A DNA stretch of 64,000 bases from an uncultured Victivallales bacterium (lineage in GTDB: Bacteria > Verrucomicrobiota > Kiritimatiellia > UBA8416). Position 1 is the first letter of the stretch. Every line of letters begins with the position of its first letter. This document shows positions 61,536 to 64,000 of this stretch, piece by piece. The stretch is taken from NCBI GenBank assembly GCA_964472315.1, contig CAYYJS010000001.1:60046-124045 (forward strand). The letters run 5' to 3'. Under the pieces are notes generated by a model. It ran no database searches, was not told the DNA's origin, and was given only the letters and a program-made list of their open reading frames with translations. The translations under genes were made by a program, and so were the position numbers.

Positions 61536-63982
61536 TCCGCCACCGTCACCACCACCCGATGCCGCCCGCCCGCGGGCTGCGGCGGCACGACATTCTCGGG
61601 CAGACGCCGTCCGTCAAGCGTCACCGCGATTGCGCCCTTGCAGATGCCCTTTGGCTTGTGGATGACGATCTCGAACTCGGCGCCCCGGTAGGTGCGGTGC
61701 ATCGCGGCTTCGGTCCAGTCGGACGGCAAACAGGGATCGATGCGCAACCCGCCCACTTCCGGCCGCACGCCCAGCATGTGCTCCCAGACGTTCAGCAGTG
61801 TCCAGCAGGCCGTGCCTGTCGCCCAGGAGTGGCTGCCCTCGCCATGGTGGCCGGACTCGGGCGCGCAGACGAACTGGCACGCCACGTACGGCTCGATGCC
61901 GTACGTCTCGGGAATCTTCTCGTGCAGCGTACAGGGCAACATCCGCTTGAGGATGCCGTATCCCACGTCGCCGCGACCGGCCGTGAACTCCGCCCAGGCC
62001 CGCCAGCGCGAGTTGTGACCCTGCAGCGACCCGTTCTCCTTGGTGCCGGGCGCGAAACGGCTGATGTTGCCGGCGCGGCGCTCCGGCTCCGGGAACGGCG
62101 GGTAGAAACAGTAGCTGCCGTACTCGGTGTCCAAGTGCTTGTCGAAGGCGGCCAGGATGCTGCGGGTGCGTTCCTCGTCGGCCAGACCGGACACGATGGC
62201 AAACGCATTCTGGTTCGCAAACAGCATGCCGCCCTCCGTGTTGGTCTTGCTGCCGAGAACCCAGCCGCTGTCGTGCGTGCCGCGCCAGTACCACTCGCCG
62301 TCCCAGCACAGCCGGTTGACGGTCTCCCTCAGGCGGGCCACGCGCCCGCGATAGTCCGCCAGCCGTTCGAGGTCGCCCTTGCGCTCCATGCAGTCCCAGA
62401 ACATCTCCAGGCAGATGATCGCCCAGCCGGCCAGCATCACCGACTCGCCCTTGCCCTTGCTGCCCATCTGGTTGAGCGCGTCGTTCCAATCGGCCTTGAG
62501 GATCAGCGGCAACCCGCGCTCGGAGAACTTCGTCCAGAAGAACTCCATGCCCTTGATCAGATGCTCGTAGATCGTGGCGGTCTTCCGCCCATCGGTGTGG
62601 GCGTATTCCGTGACCTCGTCGAGGATGCCGTAGTCGCCGGTCTCGTGAACGTAGTTGGCCACGATAAAGAGCGGATTGAGAGGATCGTCGCTGTGGAACG
62701 TGCGCGTGCCCAGCATGGAGAGGAAATTGCCGCCGTGGGCGTAGTCGCCGCCCTCGAACTGCCAGATCATGATCCGCTTCACGATGTGCTCGCGCACCCA
62801 TGCCGGGTCTTGCGACAACCGGCTGACCGCATCCTGGCACGCATCGCGGACGCCGAAGTTGTAGATGCCGGAATAGCAGTAGCCGGTGTTGCGGTTCCAC
62901 CAGCTCAGGTTCGCGCCCTGGTACTTGAACCAGACATTCACCATCGTGTCCAGGTCCGGATCGGGCGTCCGGATCGTCGGCGCCGACACCACCTTGTCCC
63001 AGTACGCGCGACAGTTGGCCAGAGCCGTCTTCGCTTTGGCCACGTCCGCGTAGCGCGCCGCCAGCCCGGCCATGTCTCCGCCGTCGACCTCGACCGCGCC
63101 CAGCACGACCACAAACTCCGCCGACTCGCCGGGCTCCAGTTCGAAGCGATGCCGCAGCGAGAGACAGGTATCACACCCGTTCTCCGGCGCGGAGGCCGGT
63201 TCGCCGCCGTCCATGGCCGCCGGGTTGGTCAGGTCACGGTAGAGCCCGACGAACCGGTAACGGTTGCCTTCGTACCCGCTGACCTCGGCGGAACTGGCCA
63301 TGAAGGCTTCGTAATCGAACGCGATGTTGTTGGCGTCCGCGTCATTGGCCTGCCATCCGCCCAGGTACTTGACCCAGATCGTCGAACGCACGGAGAGCCT
63401 GCCGTTCTCGAACCGCTGACGGTTGAAGAGCAGGTAGAACTCGCGCCAGCTCGTGTCCTCGAACCAGTTGCCCAGGGCAACCTCGGCGTAACTGGTGGCG
63501 CTGATGACGCGCCGGCGGTCGCCGGTATTGGTGAGCTTCACCAACCACAGTTCGCAGGGGTCCCCGACATCGGAGCCGGTGGCGGTCCGCGCGTCGGGCA
63601 TCGGCGTGAAATAGGTGATCTCCGCCGCGATGCCGCGATGGCGCGACTCGATGGTGTTGTATCCCAACCCCACCCGGCAGCGCCAGTCATCCAGCTTCCG
63701 CGTCGGGGGGAAGCCGTTGGCGCACCACCAGGCTCCGTCCTCCTCGTCGCGCAGGTAGATGAATTTGCCGACGGTTTCCCGCGGCACGCCATCGACGTGC
63801 CACCGCGTGATGCGCCCCACCGTGGGGTTCTTCAGAAACGAGTAGCCGCCACCCATGTGGCTGGCGAGGTAGCACCAGTTGCCGTTGGACAACACGTTCA
63901 TCCAGGGCCGCGGCAGCAGCGGCTCCGTCACCACGAATTCACGACCGTCGTCCGAAAAATGTCCATATCGCGTCGGTTTCAT
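61532..63982 (-). CDS. GH94 glycoside phosphorylase (cellobiose/chitobiose phosphorylase-like, specificity unknown)
   Basis: YGHFSDDGREFVVT..LPRPWMNVL, GVRDACQD, SDDPL, KADWNDAL, GESVML, PGTKENG, HSWATGTA; GGAGGA RBS. Confidence 0.9.
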   Translation of the reverse strand: MKPTRYGHFSDDGREFVVTEPLLPRPWMNVLSNGNWCYLASHMGGGYSFLKNPTVGRITRWHVDGVPRETVGKFIYLRDEEDGAWWCANGFPPTRKLDDWRCRVGLGYNTIESRHRGIAAEITYFTPMPDARTATGSDVGDPCELWLVKLTNTGDRRRVISATSYAEVALGNWFEDTSWREFYLLFNRQRFENGRLSVRSTIWVKYLGGWQANDADANNIAFDYEAFMASSAEVSGYEGNRYRFVGLYRDLTNPAAMDGGEPASAPENGCDTCLSLRHRFELEPGESAEFVVVLGAVEVDGGDMAGLAARYADVAKAKTALANCRAYWDKVVSAPTIRTPDPDLDTMVNVWFKYQGANLSWWNRNTGYCYSGIYNFGVRDACQDAVSRLSQDPAWVREHIVKRIMIWQFEGGDYAHGGNFLSMLGTRTFHSDDPLNPLFIVANYVHETGDYGILDEVTEYAHTDGRKTATIYEHLIKGMEFFWTKFSERGLPLILKADWNDALNQMGSKGKGESVMLAGWAIICLEMFWDCMERKGDLERLADYRGRVARLRETVNRLCWDGEWYWRGTHDSGWVLGSKTNTEGGMLFANQNAFAIVSGLADEERTRSILAAFDKHLDTEYGSYCFYPPFPEPERRAGNISRFAPGTKENGSLQGHNSRWRAWAEFTAGRGDVGYGILKRMLPCTLHEKIPETYGIEPYVACQFVCAPESGHHGEGSHSWATGTACWTLLNVWEHMLGVRPEVGGLRIDPCLPSDWTEAAMHRTYRGAEFEIVIHKPKGICKGAIAVTLDGRRLPENVVPPQPAGGRHRVVVTVAE

Positions 63983-64000
63983 GTTCCTCCACTATTCGCT

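Noticed and set aside
1-64000. tRNA, rRNA, riboswitch, integrase or IS transposase
   Set aside because: None recognised by eye; an Infernal/Rfam and ISEScan run would be needed to exclude small or divergent elements.

Overview
High-GC (visually about 65-70%) bacterial window. Gene content (DUF6785-type membrane protein, HEAT and PQQ-propeller proteins, short heptamer/REP repeats) suggests a PVC-superphylum anaerobe such as Kiritimatiellota or Lentisphaerota; this is inference. Left to right: the 5' part of a cyclic beta-1,2-glucan synthase (absent from the ORF track, runs off the left edge); a flavodiiron protein and an ASKHA/2Fe-2S activator; a wHTH + nucleotidyltransferase pair behind a type I RM hsdR remnant; a 13-kb seven-gene transporter operon (DUF6785-like protein with an inserted CBM-like domain, 1757-aa pseudo-peptidase/FtsX fusion, OPT-like protein, small FtsX, two LolD-type ATPases, orphan PqqD/RRE); small membrane and methyltransferase genes; an intergenic DnaA-box/IHF-like cluster; and a sugar catabolism cluster (Gfo/Idh/MocA, GH94 cellobionate-phosphorylase-like, cupin, TIM epimerase, unclassified clan GH-A enzyme). 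The right half is a roughly 30-kb minus-strand locus: GH94, GH42-like, a duplicated secreted propeller-like protein, PQQ/BamB-like propellers, HEAT and lyase-like proteins, and ExbB with two ExbD but no visible TonB or TonB-dependent receptor. The two best candidates for undescribed systems are this ExbB-ExbD-ExbD/HEAT/propeller glycan locus and the pseudo-peptidase FtsX/OPT/RRE transporter operon. No rRNA, tRNA, CRISPR array or intact transposase was recognised. All family calls are motif recognition by eye, not database results.
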